A stretch of 63,493 nucleotides of DNA, counting the filler, from Licmophora abbreviata (taxonomy: Eukaryota), in NCBI GenBank assembly GCA_900291995.1. It is 7 parts of 7 records of this genome, joined end to end, with 100 filler letters (N's around TTAATTAATTAA, not from the genome) between each part and the next. Parts side by side here need not be neighbours in the genome. Positions count along the whole stretch, not along the records: positions 1 to 16,578 come from OLMU01000467.1; 6 more parts are not named here. One strand, 5' to 3'. Under the pieces are notes generated by a model, which worked only from the letters and a program-made list of their open reading frames with translations, was not told the DNA's origin and did not search any database. The number at the start of each line of letters is the position of its first letter. The first letter of the stretch is position 1. Made by a program: the position numbers and the translations under genes. Below, piece after piece: positions 1 to 12,261 of this stretch.

Positions 1-927
1 TGCCCATATGGTGATTGGAACTCCGGGAAAAGTAGTCGAGTTTCTAAAACGCAAAGCGATCAAGCCGAAGCATCTCAAGGTGTTTGTCTTGGACGAGGCC
101 GACGAAATGGTGGGAGCGGGTGGACATCGTGCCAATTCTGTGCTCATCAAGCAGAATCTTCCAAAGACATGCCAGTGTCTACTCTTCTCTGCTACATTTT
201 CAGATGAAGTTGTCAAATTTGCTGCAAAAATGGTGGACAACCCCGACAAGATTCTTATCGAAGCTGGGCCCGAATTCCTCGTAAGTAGTGGCATGGACTG
301 CCACTTTGGAGAGGTGTACACATCGACGTCGTCTGCGCTCAAGCTCACAAGCACGTTTCTTTTTTGTTGCTCCCACAGGTCTTGGATGTGATCAAACAGC
401 TTTGGGTGGACACACGAGCGTATGACGGTGGAAAGCTCGAATTTCTGACGGACATTTACTCTCTCCTCACCATTGGACAAAGTATTGTCTTTGTGGCAAC
501 TCGTAAGCAAGCCAACATGGTACATGCCTCTCTCACAACGAACGGGTACACCTGCTCGATCCTTCATGGGCAGGTCGATCACGCAGACCGCGATCAAACC
601 ATGGAAGCATTCCGAAATGGCGAGAGCAACGTTCTCATTACTACGAACGTGCTGGCACGTGGGGTAGATGTCGACAACGTCTGTCTCGTGGTCAACTACG
701 ACGTTCCGTTGGATGGCGCAGGTAGGCCCGACTTTGAAACGTACCTGCACCGGATTGGACGAACGGGTCGATTCGGGAGAAAGGGGACGGCGATCAGCCT
801 CGTGGACGACCAGCAATCGGTTGCGGTGCTTGCCGCGATCGAAGGGCATTTTGCAACGGGCGGCAAAGAAATGATTCAACAGGCAACTGCCGATCCGGAG
901 GCGTTGGCTGAACTAATTGAGATCTAA
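1..927 (+). CDS. DBP5: DEAD-box RNA helicase DDX19/Dbp5 (mRNA export), 5'-truncated by the window edge; intron 281..378
   Basis: Motifs GTPG, DEAD, SAT, ARGVD and YLHRIGRTGRFGRKG; LLTIGQSIVFV and DFETYLHR are typical of DDX19/Dbp5. A GTAAGT...CAG intron joins ORFs 8..391 and 364..927 in frame. Confidence 0.9.
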
Positions 928-1356
928 AAAGCGAAAGCGACAGTTTGTCTCTCGAGATCGGAAAATACAATAATTATAACTACCATAGCGATAATAACGA
1001 TCTACTAGAACTTGCTCCCTTGTACGAACTGAGCCACATTAGTCTTCGATAGCGCTTCCGTAGGGGCGTCTTCAATTCATTGTCAACGGCACTACCGATT
1101 GGATTGGATTGATTGCTTGGCTCGTCTAGACCCTATCTCCCTCTCGTGTTGGTGAAGTTTGATGATTCGACGACGGCGAGACCTCTCAATAAGTGAGTCG
1201 AGTGAGTCGAGTCACGAGATCGTGATGAACCTGCGACGAGACAACGCGACACGCGAGAGATTTGATGCTCTGATGATAACAAGACAACCTGCACCGTCTC
1301 GTACAAAGAAACACAAGTATACTCTCTGTACCCCCCTGACTTCTACCGCATCCACC

Positions 1357-2439
1357 ATGAGCCTTCCATCTCCCAGTACTTCCGGAGGCGCCAGTTCTGC
1401 CATGGACCCCGCTGTTCAGGCGCAATTCGACGCTCCGTTGATGGCCCTGGCCAATCGCAGCGGCGGCGACCTCCGCATGCTCATGTTTGCCTTTTTCAGT
1501 TTCTTGCATCGTCGCACGGACTTTTATGTCATTCCCAATGAAGATGATGTCAAGGAGGGACGCCCGATCAAAATGGGATTTAGAGAGGGCGACGCTGAGA
1601 AAATGCTGTTGGCGGCGTTTCGTCAGTTCCCACTTCGGAAAATGCCCAGACAGGGCGGTAGTGATGGCCATGATGGCGCCGGTGGCACGTCGAAAGAATC
1701 GAAACCGGCGAAAGAGACACCAGCGAAAGAGCCCAAACCCGCAATGCCGTCGCAGTCGAGCACCACTTCGCCTTTGAAGGCGGAGAAAGAATTGGCACCC
1801 GCACCGTCGACGGCATCAAAGGCATGCGATAACAAAAGCTCGGAGAAGGACCCTATGGAAGCCGTGCGCCTGACGGAGGAAGGCAAACAGATACCGGTCG
1901 GGAACGGAGGATCGACGAAGCGATATACGTGGACGCAAACAGTTGATGAGGCCAGCGTTATACTCGCTGTACCCGGCGGTACGAAAGGAAAGGATTTGGC
2001 TGTCGACTTGAAGACCTCGTCGTTTTCGGTGCGCACGAAAAGAACTGTCAACGGTGAAGTTGAGCCCCGAACGCTGTTGAGAGGAGACCTTGTAGATAAG
2101 ATTCGTACAGACGAGTCAACATGGAGTTTGGAGGGTGGCGCCTTGGTTGTGACGCTGGACAAACTTCAAAAGAAGTGGTGGAGTGCCGTTTTTGTGGGGG
2201 ACGACGAAATCGATACTTCGCTTGTAGATTCGCGCAGCAGGATTGATGAATATGATGACTCAACGCAGGCTGCAATACGAAAGATAATATTTGACCAGAA
2301 CCAGGAGAGGCTCGGGCTACCTACTTCAAACGATATCCTGGGGGAAACTCCTCCCCTGCCGCCAATGCCGCCCGGTGTCGAATATATCGACAAGGCGACC
2401 CTGGACAAGCACAGCAGCGACAAAGCCGAGGGAAAATAG
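1357..2439 (+). CDS. NUDC: NudC-family co-chaperone (NudC_N + CS/p23 domain + NudC C-terminal helix)
   Basis: AFFSFLHRRTDFY (NudC N), PVGNGG..YTWTQT..CS domain, and EIDTSLVDS..DDSTQAAIRKIIFDQNQERLGLPTS; start placed at ACCATG 1357. Confidence 0.88.
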   Translation: MSLPSPSTSGGASSAMDPAVQAQFDAPLMALANRSGGDLRMLMFAFFSFLHRRTDFYVIPNEDDVKEGRPIKMGFREGDAEKMLLAAFRQFPLRKMPRQGGSDGHDGAGGTSKESKPAKETPAKEPKPAMPSQSSTTSPLKAEKELAPAPSTASKACDNKSSEKDPMEAVRLTEEGKQIPVGNGGSTKRYTWTQTVDEASVILAVPGGTKGKDLAVDLKTSSFSVRTKRTVNGEVEPRTLLRGDLVDKIRTDESTWSLEGGALVVTLDKLQKKWWSAVFVGDDEIDTSLVDSRSRIDEYDDSTQAAIRKIIFDQNQERLGLPTSNDILGETPPLPPMPPGVEYIDKATLDKHSSDKAEGK

Positions 2440-2676
2440 CGCTAGCGGTACCATTAGTCATATTAGGACAATTAGCATGCCCAAATAACATAAGGCAACG
2501 CAACGTAGGACACACGGTATAGATATTCACAGTGGGCGAATCGTTCGAGAGCTCCGACGAGCTCAACGGAGTGTTACACGACGCTAAATTCCAAAAGTTT
2601 CCATCTGACGACATCGCGCCGACTCCCTGATGACGAGGCTCCTCAGCTAGTTCTTTCAAAAAAGCAAAAAGGAAGC

Positions 2677-2749
2677 TTCCGAAACGGGGACTCGAACCCC
2701 GGTCGCGTGCGTGAGAGGCACACATGCTAACCACCTACACCATTTCGGA
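2677..2749 (-). tRNA. tRNA-Glu(CTC)
   Basis: Reverse complement TCCGAAATGGTGTAGGTGGTTAGCATGTGTGCCTCTCACGCACGCGACCGGGGTTCGAGTCCCCGTTTCGGAA folds as a cloverleaf with anticodon loop CT-CTC-AC and GGTTCGA T-loop; a T-run Pol III terminator follows. Confidence 0.95.
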
Positions 2750-3184
2750 TTTGCTATGCTGTCTGTCAAGAGGATTAGAAGTATATAATTTTGTATTTGT
2801 ATTTCCCATCACTCCTCACCTCGTCAAACAGAATACGTCCCTTCCCTGATGCCCGTCAGGTACAAGGTAGCTGAGGATCTTGTAGAGCACTAAACGTGAG
2901 CGTCGCATCTAGCTGCACCTGGTACCATAACGCCAGCAGCATCATACGCGGTGGCGTGGACGACCGTGGAACGAGCTCCATATGTTGGAGCTCGCGATGA
3001 ACAACCTGAACTAGAGACGCCCTGTCCTATCATTATTGCTAACTGACTCGCTAGAAGCAATGACGACCAATCCACCAAAGGCCGATTGTGCTCCGCTTGC
3101 ATTTGGTTATCGCTGCTCAAAGCAAAAGTACAAGCTGGAGAACTTCGACGGATCAAAACATTAAAGAAGTCAATCTAACACATT

Positions 3185-5191
3185 TTAAGTACAGCCCCGC
3201 GCTTGTGGTGTAATGTAATCGTAGAGATGGTACCAACCGTTCCCTCCGAACTTAGTTCCCGCCTCGACTGGAAGTGCCTCATGTCGAGTCCGATGGTCAA
3301 TCGAACTTGGATCAGAGTTTAGGACGCTTGGCCAAAGTACAGCCCGACCGACTTTCTGTGGGGGTAAAGATTTCGCGCGAATGAACAAAGTTAGATCCAA
3401 CGCATGCCAGCAACGCAAAGCAAACAAGGCGACGATACGTACCGGTTCAACAGTGAGATCTAGCTGCGGGAAGCCCGTTCCGCCACCAGCCTCTACGTCA
3501 CTCAAATAGAGGAAGAAAGTCAAGATACGGGGACCACATTGTCGATCTTTTTGGTAGTGGATATAATCATGGTGCGCATTGTAGAATTGGGTCTGCCGGA
3601 GTGGTAAGGACAACGAAAAAGGTGAGGCGGCGCGAGACGTATACAAAGAAAATTGGAGTCCAACTCGTCAATCGAACCAGCCCAGAATTTACCTTTTCAT
3701 ATTTCAGCAACTGGAGATCTTCGCTATTTTCTGGCGGAATGCCCATCACCGAACTCATTCGATCCGTGACTCTTCTGACAACCTCATGCAAGCGACATCC
3801 GGACTTGGCTGAGCACCATGCGTTCTCACTTGTCCTTCCCTTACTTTCTTTGGCGTCGTGGGAGCCGTCGACCTTTGCCGCTCCCACGTCACGGGATCGC
3901 TCGTAGCCGTTCTTGTGTCCGAGGTCAATCAACGTCTGCGCCTCTTCGGTGGTAAGGAAGTTGTCAAACGTAATGACCCATGGCGGCGAGCTCCTATCAG
4001 TCTTAGAGCTGAGTTCTTCTCCAGGCATTGATGGATCTGGTCTTAAGTGAACTCGAACCGTGTATTCGGGGGTCTGAGTCTCTTGCAGCTTCCGACGTTC
4101 CGTGGTGGTTAGTGTTCGATTTCCCGGTGCCTCACTGACGATACGCTCAAACATCTTATTGAGATCACCGGGCTTTAAAGCTGGGATGGCATCGTCAAGA
4201 GGCGGGCAACGCGCATCGATATCAATCAAGTGACACGACTGGCACGCTGGTCCACAGTTCGTCTACGGCGGAAGTATGCGAATGGTGAGAAATGGATGAG
4301 AGACGAGTCAACGCCACGCAACGACAGCGGTTCAACCAACCATGCCCAGATACATACCAACATAAACGCCTCGTTGGCCTTACATTCGCCAATAGCACTC
4401 CAGAAGGAACAAAGGTCGTGTCGATTCTGACAGCCTTCTCGAACATGATCCGGCAAGTTGTCAATGTCGTTTTCAATGTACGCGATGGAATCCTCCACAA
4501 CCTGCAGCGTTCGCTTCTCGTCAGAGCCATTTGCTTTCTGCAAGACCCCGAAGCTTGCAGTCGCATCCAAAAGACTACCAGCTTTTTCCACCAAGTTTCT
4601 AACAACAGGTCGTTTGCAGTTTCCGCAGCTTTTTGGGCACGTTTGTAGCATATAGTTTGGGTTATTGGTGCATTCTCCCTGGCGGACGGTGTCAACGTTG
4701 TTAGCGACACGTATTGGAGATACAAGTGAGATTCGGTTGCAGGAAAATCCGAGAGTCACAATAGCGAGTCATACCTTGCTAGCCCAAAAGACGCAGTGTT
4801 CGTGTTCATCGGTACAAATGTCGTCCTCTACCTCCGGAACGACAGCAGTCGGATCTTTGCAAATACCGCATGACTCGGGACAGTATTTGTGCATGTTTTG
4901 TTTGTTGTCGTAGCATTCTCCCGCCTTTGCCCACTTTGGACATCGAACATGATGATCCTTACACTCTCCCTTGGGCGGAGAGAGGTCGACGTTGGCACAA
5001 GACGCGGCGCATTGCTCACTCATGTACCGGACATTCTTGAGGCATTGGCCTTCCTCCTTCCAAACAGGGCATCGTTCGTGTTTGTCACACAAGGATCCAT
5101 CAGACGTACACTCCTGTCCAGACACTGAGCTCAGAAACAAAGCAAGAAGTAGCAGGACGAGATTGTTCAGACACATCGTCTTCGCGTTCAT
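3185..5191 (-). CDS. Secreted/ER prolyl 4-hydroxylase (2OG-Fe(II) dioxygenase) with four N-terminal ShKT domains; introns 4679..4774, 4263..4357, 3593..3692, 3356..3442
   Basis: Signal peptide; four C..C..W...GEC..N..M...C..SC repeats; P4H motifs FDNFLT.EEA, RTSENAWC, QLLKY..QFYNAHHD, RILTFFLYLSDVEAGGGTGFP, HEALPVEAGTK. All four GT-AG introns keep the frame. Confidence 0.9.
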
Positions 5192-5466
5192 TCTTCCATC
5201 AACGGCGCCGCTTTTTCCCATCGTCGCCGAGATCACTCTGCGATCGCCGGACATGCATGCACTGTGACCACGCGCGAGGGTCATGGAAGAATGGAGCCGA
5301 TGACCCTATCCGGGTTGCTCAGTTTGAACCTGCTTTCGCACCTCGTGGTTCCATTTTTTACGCTACGTCCTCTCTCATTACCAATCCTTAGAAATCAAAT
5401 CTTGACTAACATGGTTATTCTCACGAACGAAATCCTACAGCCTATACAACGAGCCACCTGTAAGTC

Positions 5467-8214
5467 CTACGTCATGCCCCCTCCCATTGCCGATGGCGGC
5501 GGAGGCAGAGTCGGCGGTTCAAACGAGCTTGATCCACCCAATGGGTCCATGGCCAACCCGGTGAACATTTCTTCGTCTCCACCGTAGTTTCGCGCACGCC
5601 GGTATCGTACAAAGTTAAACGTGTCCGCGCGGCGCTTCTGATACCAGTACACGCATCCGCCAATGATGCCGACAAACACGAGGAACTTCAGGAAGCGGTG
5701 CTTTCGCTTTGTCTTCGGCTTGTACGCGGGGCTAGCCCCAGGACTGTCCGGTGCGACATATGGCCTGGGCGTACTACCACCGTCCGAACCGGAGTTGTGG
5801 TTGTTGTCGTTGGGCTTGATGGGTGTGTCTGGACGTGAGGCGCTCGTTGGCTGGGGAGTAGATGGCGATGGTCCGGGCTCGACGTCGCTCAAGCAAGAAC
5901 GAGAGTACAAACCGTAAAAGTCCCATGCAGGCACTGGGATTTCGCGGTCGCAGTCAAGCTTGCGGAAAGCGGGGAACGGACCAGCTCCGCCACATGAATC
6001 TTGAGCGTATTCGCCTGTTTAAACAAAAGCAATAGAGAATAGCATAATCGGTCGTCAGTCGCGTCGCTGCGAGATTGAACACAAGCCACAACAAAAGATA
6101 GAGGGCAAACTCACATTGCTTTGAGTTCGTGAAGTCGACTGAGCCAAACATTTGCTCAATGTTGCTCTTGCAAGGAGCATAAAAATCATTCCAAGCGTCA
6201 CAGTCGATCTCATCGAGCGCCTGGCATGCATCAAGACTTTCGTACAAGAGCGTCTTGAAGCTCATGAAGCTCGGGCAGAGTGGACACTCCGCAGACGCCT
6301 TGCTGGCGCACTCGCAAAAGTCTTCCGCATCGTGATAGAGCAATCCAGCAAGAGCTGAAATTGCTTCCCTCGGAGCAGCCGAGTCGCCCGTCACGGGGTC
6401 TGCAATGGCATTGGCCAATATCTGCATACAGCCAAGCGCCGTTTTCCCGCCGTGCAACTCCTCGTTCTGGAAGGAATGAGCGCATGCCTCAAAAGCGTCG
6501 AGAGCACCAAAGTTGTTTTCGTCAAAGTCAGAGACCATCATGCCAACTTTATCGAAGTCAGTACACTTGGAGAATACCAGGACAGCCGACGAGCCTTGAA
6601 GTGTCTCGCTGGCACTACATGGTCGCGGCTTGTCCTGCTTGTCCGCCGGACCTTTGGGGGGTAAGACCGTGCCGGGTGTAGCCTTCTTCTGACAAAAGTC
6701 AGTCATGTTCTTGTCCTGGGCACATGAACATACACCACAGTCAATCACAGCGTTGAAATTGTCGTTTGCATAGCAGAACGCGGGTGTGTCTTCATTGAAG
6801 CACGGCGCGCATGATTGGTCTGCTTGGCAAGTGCCAACCTGAATGACACACTTTTTCTGAATGCAATTGTACATGTCCTTGTAAGACTTGTACTGCGAAA
6901 ACAAACACCGTTGAAAAAGGGACACCCAGTTAGCGCGCGTCATCAACTATCAGTATACACGAGTGCGACCGTATGCATACGTACTTCCGGATCATCATTC
7001 ACATCAATGTTCGGCTTTCCCGTGCAGGTTCGGTCGCAGACGCTACCGCCGACGTCAAAATCGCACGACATGGGGGCACCTCCGTCCGAAACAGATCGCG
7101 TGCCCTCGCCGAACGGCTTTATTTCCCACGACACCTCGTTTCCCCAAACACCGCCACCAACCTCCACATGATAACAAGTCGGATTGATACTGAGACAGAT
7201 GAACACGGTTCCTTGAGAGCCGTCCTGGAGACCTCCCTCGAACAGTTTGTTTGTCGTGTCGCTCGTTGGCGCAAGTGTGAGTTTCGTGTCATCCCAGCCG
7301 TCGCCAAACGAGTCGTACATAACAAGGCGATATAGCGCCTCATCCGGAGCACAGTCCTTCGCTACGGGAATCTCACCGTGATCTGGTCGTGCCTCACCTT
7401 GACATGCGAGGGAGAGACTCGAGTCACAAAAGGAACTGGCAGGATCCCGACAAGCATAGCCATCGTGTCCACACTCGACGTATTTAAAGCCAGCATCTTT
7501 CTTGCAAGTGTCATCACAGCAGTCACCTCCATCATAGTCACAAATTGCGTGATTGTAGCAGCCCCGCATACCCTCGTGGCATGATCCATCCCCGATAAAC
7601 GAATAGTGAATTCCGGGCCAGTCACACTCCACCAACTGATCACAGTCAATTGTATAGTTTCCGTCGGCACCACTGTCCGGATCGCGTCCATCATCGTTCT
7701 CCTCATCATCATCCCACATGACGCAACTATCAAACGTAGAACAGAAAGTTTCCATGACATCTGTTTCGCCGCGCATGAATTCGCAATTCCCGCTATCAAA
7801 CAAAATCTTGGTAACATCGGCACAGGGCGTCTCGCCAGTGACGGAGGCCCAGTCAATGCCCTTGCGATTCATGGTCGCAAAGCAGCGAGCGCACTTTCCA
7901 AACTTGACGCATTCCAGAAAGGCGGCATCGCAGTTTCGTTGTGCATTCTCGTCTGGTTGTTGTAGGGCTCGGTGAGTGGGGCCAGTGTGAGGAGAAATGT
8001 GGTCGCGAAGCATGGCCAAGCCGCGGTAAGGAGCGGTCTGTTCCACGACATCCTTCGAGTCGTCCAGAAGACTGCGATGAAAACATGGCGAAGACAAGAG
8101 TGCTCGAAGTCAGTGACTGGACACACGGTCGCAGACAAGCAGTCACTTCGGCGGCGCGCGCTGATACTGCCGGGGACTTTCACACAGGCACACGACTACA
8201 GGTATCGCCCTCAT
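5467..8214 (-). CDS. Large Cys-rich type I membrane protein with an LNR/Notch-like repeat; introns 6893..6984, 6015..6114 and probably 8072..8146; start uncertain
   Basis: ORFs 6943..8097, 5954..6946 and 5467..5934 splice in frame. IGDGSCH..CYNHAICDYDGGDCC is LNR-like; DSFGDGW module; Pro/Ser stalk; TM FLKFLVFVGIIGGCVYWY; short cytosolic tail. Confidence 0.75.
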
Positions 8215-8756
8215 TTTGGAGCTTCTCCTTCATGAATCTCACCTTTTCGAGATCGACTGCGTCAATACATCATGTAACGCCACTGCAGAATATACGCGCA
8301 GCAACAGACACGCTGTTGCGGCGAGAAACGACCTCTTCATCGCCATGGTTCTCACGGAACTTCCAAGTGACATTCGGCTGTCTCACACTCAGAATGTCAA
8401 ACCAATACGTAAGCCGTAGAATTCTACGGGATGCGTTGATACACACGAGCTCTTTTTGCCTTCGAGCTCTGAGCAGTACGTGGTAGACGTCGAAGTGTTC
8501 CGTATACGTAGACTAGTCGCGACGGGAACTGAAACAAACTACGTTCGCAGAGCAACAAGAATAGACCACAAGCTAGCTATCCGCTGAACGAGACGGATGT
8601 CGCCCTGCAACTTGTGAAGCTTCAATGACTCGAAATTGGTCGCTCACGTAAAGACTTCTTGCTACGTCCTAGTTTACTAGCTTAGATTATTGTGGTAATG
8701 GTCATGATGGCACGCGTTTCTTCACTTCATCAAGCGCTCCAATCAGAGTGTCGCAA

Positions 8757-9482
8757 CTACACAGTCATGACTTCTTTTTCCTTCTTGCTGACGACTCCGT
8801 CAATCTCCTTGATTCCCTTGTCCGTCATCTTCTGCATCTCGTCCAGTCCATCCTTCATCTCGTCCTCCCCAACCTCCCCGCTCTTTTCCAGTTTCTTAAT
8901 AGAGTCCACTCCATCTCTACGAACATTCCTGACTGCGACCTTTCCTTCTTCTCCAAGCCCCTTGCACTGCTTCAACATGTCCTTACGACGATCTTCCGTC
9001 AGTTCCGGAATATTCAGTCGAATCATCGAGCCATCGTTGTTGGGGGTGATACCCAAGTCCGCTTCCATAATTGCCCTTTCAATATCCCCAATCACCGATT
9101 TGTCGTACGGATCTACGCTGAGCTGTTGTGCCGATGGTACACTGATGGTAGCCATTTGGTTCAACGGCGTTTCCGCACCGTAGTAGTCCACCTTGACGCG
9201 ATCGAGCATGGCAGCATTCGCGCGACCTGTCCTCACGGACATCATGCTCTTCTTGACGCTTTCTACCGACTTGTCCATGCGCTCTTGAGCATTGGATGTG
9301 ATGGCCTCGATGGACTCGGCCACCATGTTGTGCCGAGGATGGCGGGAGGGTCGTGATGGTGATGGCATACTCGTAGTGGTAGTCACAACGCCAAAACCAT
9401 GATTTGAGGGACGCACAAAGGAACTGACGCTGTTCACACTCCACATTAGCGCCACCACCGACGATATCAAGGGCAGTCTCAT
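8757..9482 (-). CDS. frr: Plastid ribosome recycling factor
   Basis: RTGRANAAMLDRVKVDYYG.TPLNQMA, PELTEDRRK, VAVRNVRRD; bipartite presequence MRLPLISSVVALMWSVNSVSS-FVRP. Confidence 0.95.
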   Translation of the reverse strand: MRLPLISSVVALMWSVNSVSSFVRPSNHGFGVVTTTTSMPSPSRPSRHPRHNMVAESIEAITSNAQERMDKSVESVKKSMMSVRTGRANAAMLDRVKVDYYGAETPLNQMATISVPSAQQLSVDPYDKSVIGDIERAIMEADLGITPNNDGSMIRLNIPELTEDRRKDMLKQCKGLGEEGKVAVRNVRRDGVDSIKKLEKSGEVGEDEMKDGLDEMQKMTDKGIKEIDGVVSKKEKEVMTV

Positions 9483-9772
9483 TGTAGGAGGGTAGGAAGA
9501 GTGTTCAATGGGGAGAGGATCGAGTGAGACTGTAAGCCTACAACACAACACGTACAATGTTGACTGTGTGTTTGACATCCTGCAGATCTCTTTCGGGGGA
9601 AAGATATGCGTGATCACTCATAACCCATTGACGTCAGATTGACAAAAGTTTCAGACGGCGCCGCCGCTTCACAATCACAAAGTTGACCATGATGTTACTG
9701 CAACGCCCAACGGCTTCATATCAGTTAGCGGGCATCGCGTCTTAGAAACATTACTGTTTGTAACGATTCATA

Positions 9773-11965
9773 ATGAGACTGCAGAATTTGTGCAGATGGA
9801 ACCGACTGGAGGTTTCTACAATGTACACTCGACGAGCTGCAGCTTCCGTATTTCGCACATCCGGTCGTCTTCCATCTTCCGCATCATCTGATGGCCATTC
9901 TTACTGTGTCCGGAGAGCTCAATTAGGCGCCCAAGGGTCACTGATGAAAGTACGGCACAATCACCATTTGGCATCATTATCTCCTCGTGGCATGGCATCT
10001 TTGGAGGAGCGACTCATTGCGGCGACGGCGACTATCCAAGACCCCATATTGGGCGCAGACTTGAGTTCGCTTGGGTGGACCACCAAGCGAGTTAACGTCT
10101 CTACGAATGGCAGTCAAGTCGAGCTGCAGCTGAATTTACCGACGTTAATGCATCCGAATCTGAACGAACTAAAAGAAACTATTCGGACCCGGGTACGGGA
10201 AGAGCTACATGCAATCATTGTAAAAGAAGGAGGACGCGATGATGATGGTCTGGGCGCCATTCCGGACATTTTGATACGTACATCGGCGAGTCCTCCTTTC
10301 CCCGTCGTTGCACGACGGGTCGAGGAGCACTCGGAAATCTTGTCCAATTTAGGTCCAGGACTGGCCAATGTGGCCCATTTTCTGGCCGTGTACAGTTGCA
10401 AGGTGTGTCGCGTTCATGGACTGAGCTGCGCAGCGTAACGAAGGGAGGCAACGTCGTCTGCTTTACTGAAACTCAAAAGCTGCCTCTCTCCTTCATCGTC
10501 TTGGTTGATTTTGCAGGGTGGTGTCGGAAAGTCGACGATAGCAGTGAATTTGGCTTACGAGTTGGCGCGCATGGGAGGCCGCGTCGGATTGCTCGATGTT
10601 GACATTTATGGACCCTCGCTCCCAGTGCTGGTTCGGCCCGAGGACGCTTCGGTACGGCGGTCGCCCCTGGGCAAGAGTATGGTCTTGCCCATTGAGCACG
10701 AAGGTGTCAAAGTCCTATCGCTGGGGTATGTGTCTCCAGAGGTAAGGTAGTGCACAAACGGTGATATCTCGTGCGACGACAAATAATGTATGTGCACGCA
10801 TCCTGATTTAGTCATTTGGTGTTGTTGTTGTGGACGGTGTAGAGTGGTGTACCGGGAAGCGGACAGAATGGTGGAGCTGCCGTCATGAGAGGGCCTATGG
10901 CGGGACGAGTCGTTACACAACTGTAGGTGTCCTCAGGATCGAAGATCAGTACGGAATTACCTTTTTTGAAGTGAGGAAACTCATCTATTGGAACTCGTCG
11001 TCGCTTGTCGTAGGTTGAAGGGAACGGACTGGGGAGAGCTGGACGTACTGGTGCTCGATCTGCCCCCAGGAACGGGAGATGTCCAGTTGGCCGTCTGTCA
11101 GGACTTGGAGTTGAGCGGAGCTGTGGCCGTAACAACGCCGTCGAAACTTGCCGCCACAGACGCTCGAAAGGGCATTGAAATGTTTACTTCGCTTGGAGTC
11201 CCAACGTTGGCGCTCGTAGAGAACATGTCGTATTTTGTGGTAAGTGAGGGCGCAAGAAGAGAATGCCCCTGCGCATATGCTTGATTCGTCTTATGTGGTG
11301 CGTCATCTAACACTGCGTTCGTTCTTCAGTGCGAGGGCGGCAGCAAGCATTATCCATTTGGCAAGGGAGTCAGAAACGACGACATTCAAACGCCAAACAT
11401 CTTCAAACTTCCAATTTCGACATCAACCAACGAGGCGAATGATGAGGGGTTGCCACTGTGCGTTTCGCGTCCAGAGAGTGCGGCGAACGAACTGGCTGTG
11501 TTTGGAGAGCTCGCCTCATCTGTGGCAAAGGAGCTTCTGCTCCTGCAGCACGGCCGATCGCAGATCGATAGCAGCGGAGGGGTTGGTAGCCCAACTACCG
11601 TCGCCTTTGCCGGTAGCGCAGACAAATTTGACGTCGCTACTGTATATCTTTCTGTTAAGAAGTCATTGGACGGGTTTACGGTCCGGCTTTTCTCGGAAAA
11701 GGGGGCAACACAGATTGATATTTCGGCCGCCGAGCTCCGAAATAGACATCCAAAGACGGGCGAACCACTAGACGACGAAGGGCTAGAGCAGAAGTCCGAT
11801 GGCGGAATGGTACAACACCATCGACCGAACGCTCCCAAATTGCTCCCAGCTAAGATAGACAAAAAGGGAAGGTATGGCTATTCTGTCGAATGGGCGGATG
11901 GTGCCACAGTGATCTACTCTATGGTCAGTGTCGCCAAGGCAGCTGGGGGATACATTGTTCAGTAG
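9773..11965 (+). CDS. HCF101: HCF101-like Mrp/NBP35 P-loop Fe-S scaffold (FeS-assembly/DUF59-like N-domain, ParA/Mrp ATPase, DUF971-like C-domain); introns 10403..10516, 10742..10842, 10923..11013, 11240..11329
   Basis: IQDPILGADLSSLGW, SCK|GGVGKST, DVDIYGPSLP, MRGPM, WGELDVLVLDLPPGTGD, VENMSYF, KGRYGYSVEWADG. All introns GT-AG and in frame. Confidence 0.88.
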
Positions 11966-12261
11966 CGACTACTCCCTCAGTGCATACTAGAGTTGACTTT
12001 CGAGAGGATGAACAAAGTACGGAAATAAGTTGGATACTACTTTACACGCAAAACGTTCCGTTTCGATCCGCTCCTTTTACGCAGGAGTAACTTTTGTATT
12101 TGAAAGTGTAGTGTACTGTTGCTCTGTAGCCATAAAGCCGTAGTCCGTCTCTGACGTGGTGTTTACATGATTCCGTCACGGAACTAGCTCCTTCAGTAAG
12201 ATTGTAGCGCTTGTCCGTAGAGAAGATTATAGGCACTGGACTAAGCTCGGGTGAGTGTGGA

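Noticed and set aside
1097..1213. GATTG and GAGTC short repeats upstream of NudC
   Set aside because: Could be CCAAT-type boxes, but too short and common to support a call.
8748..9356. Long antisense or overlapping ORFs (e.g. 8748..9356, 52365..53027, 54925..55605)
   Set aside because: Shadows of real genes on the opposite strand with no protein motifs.
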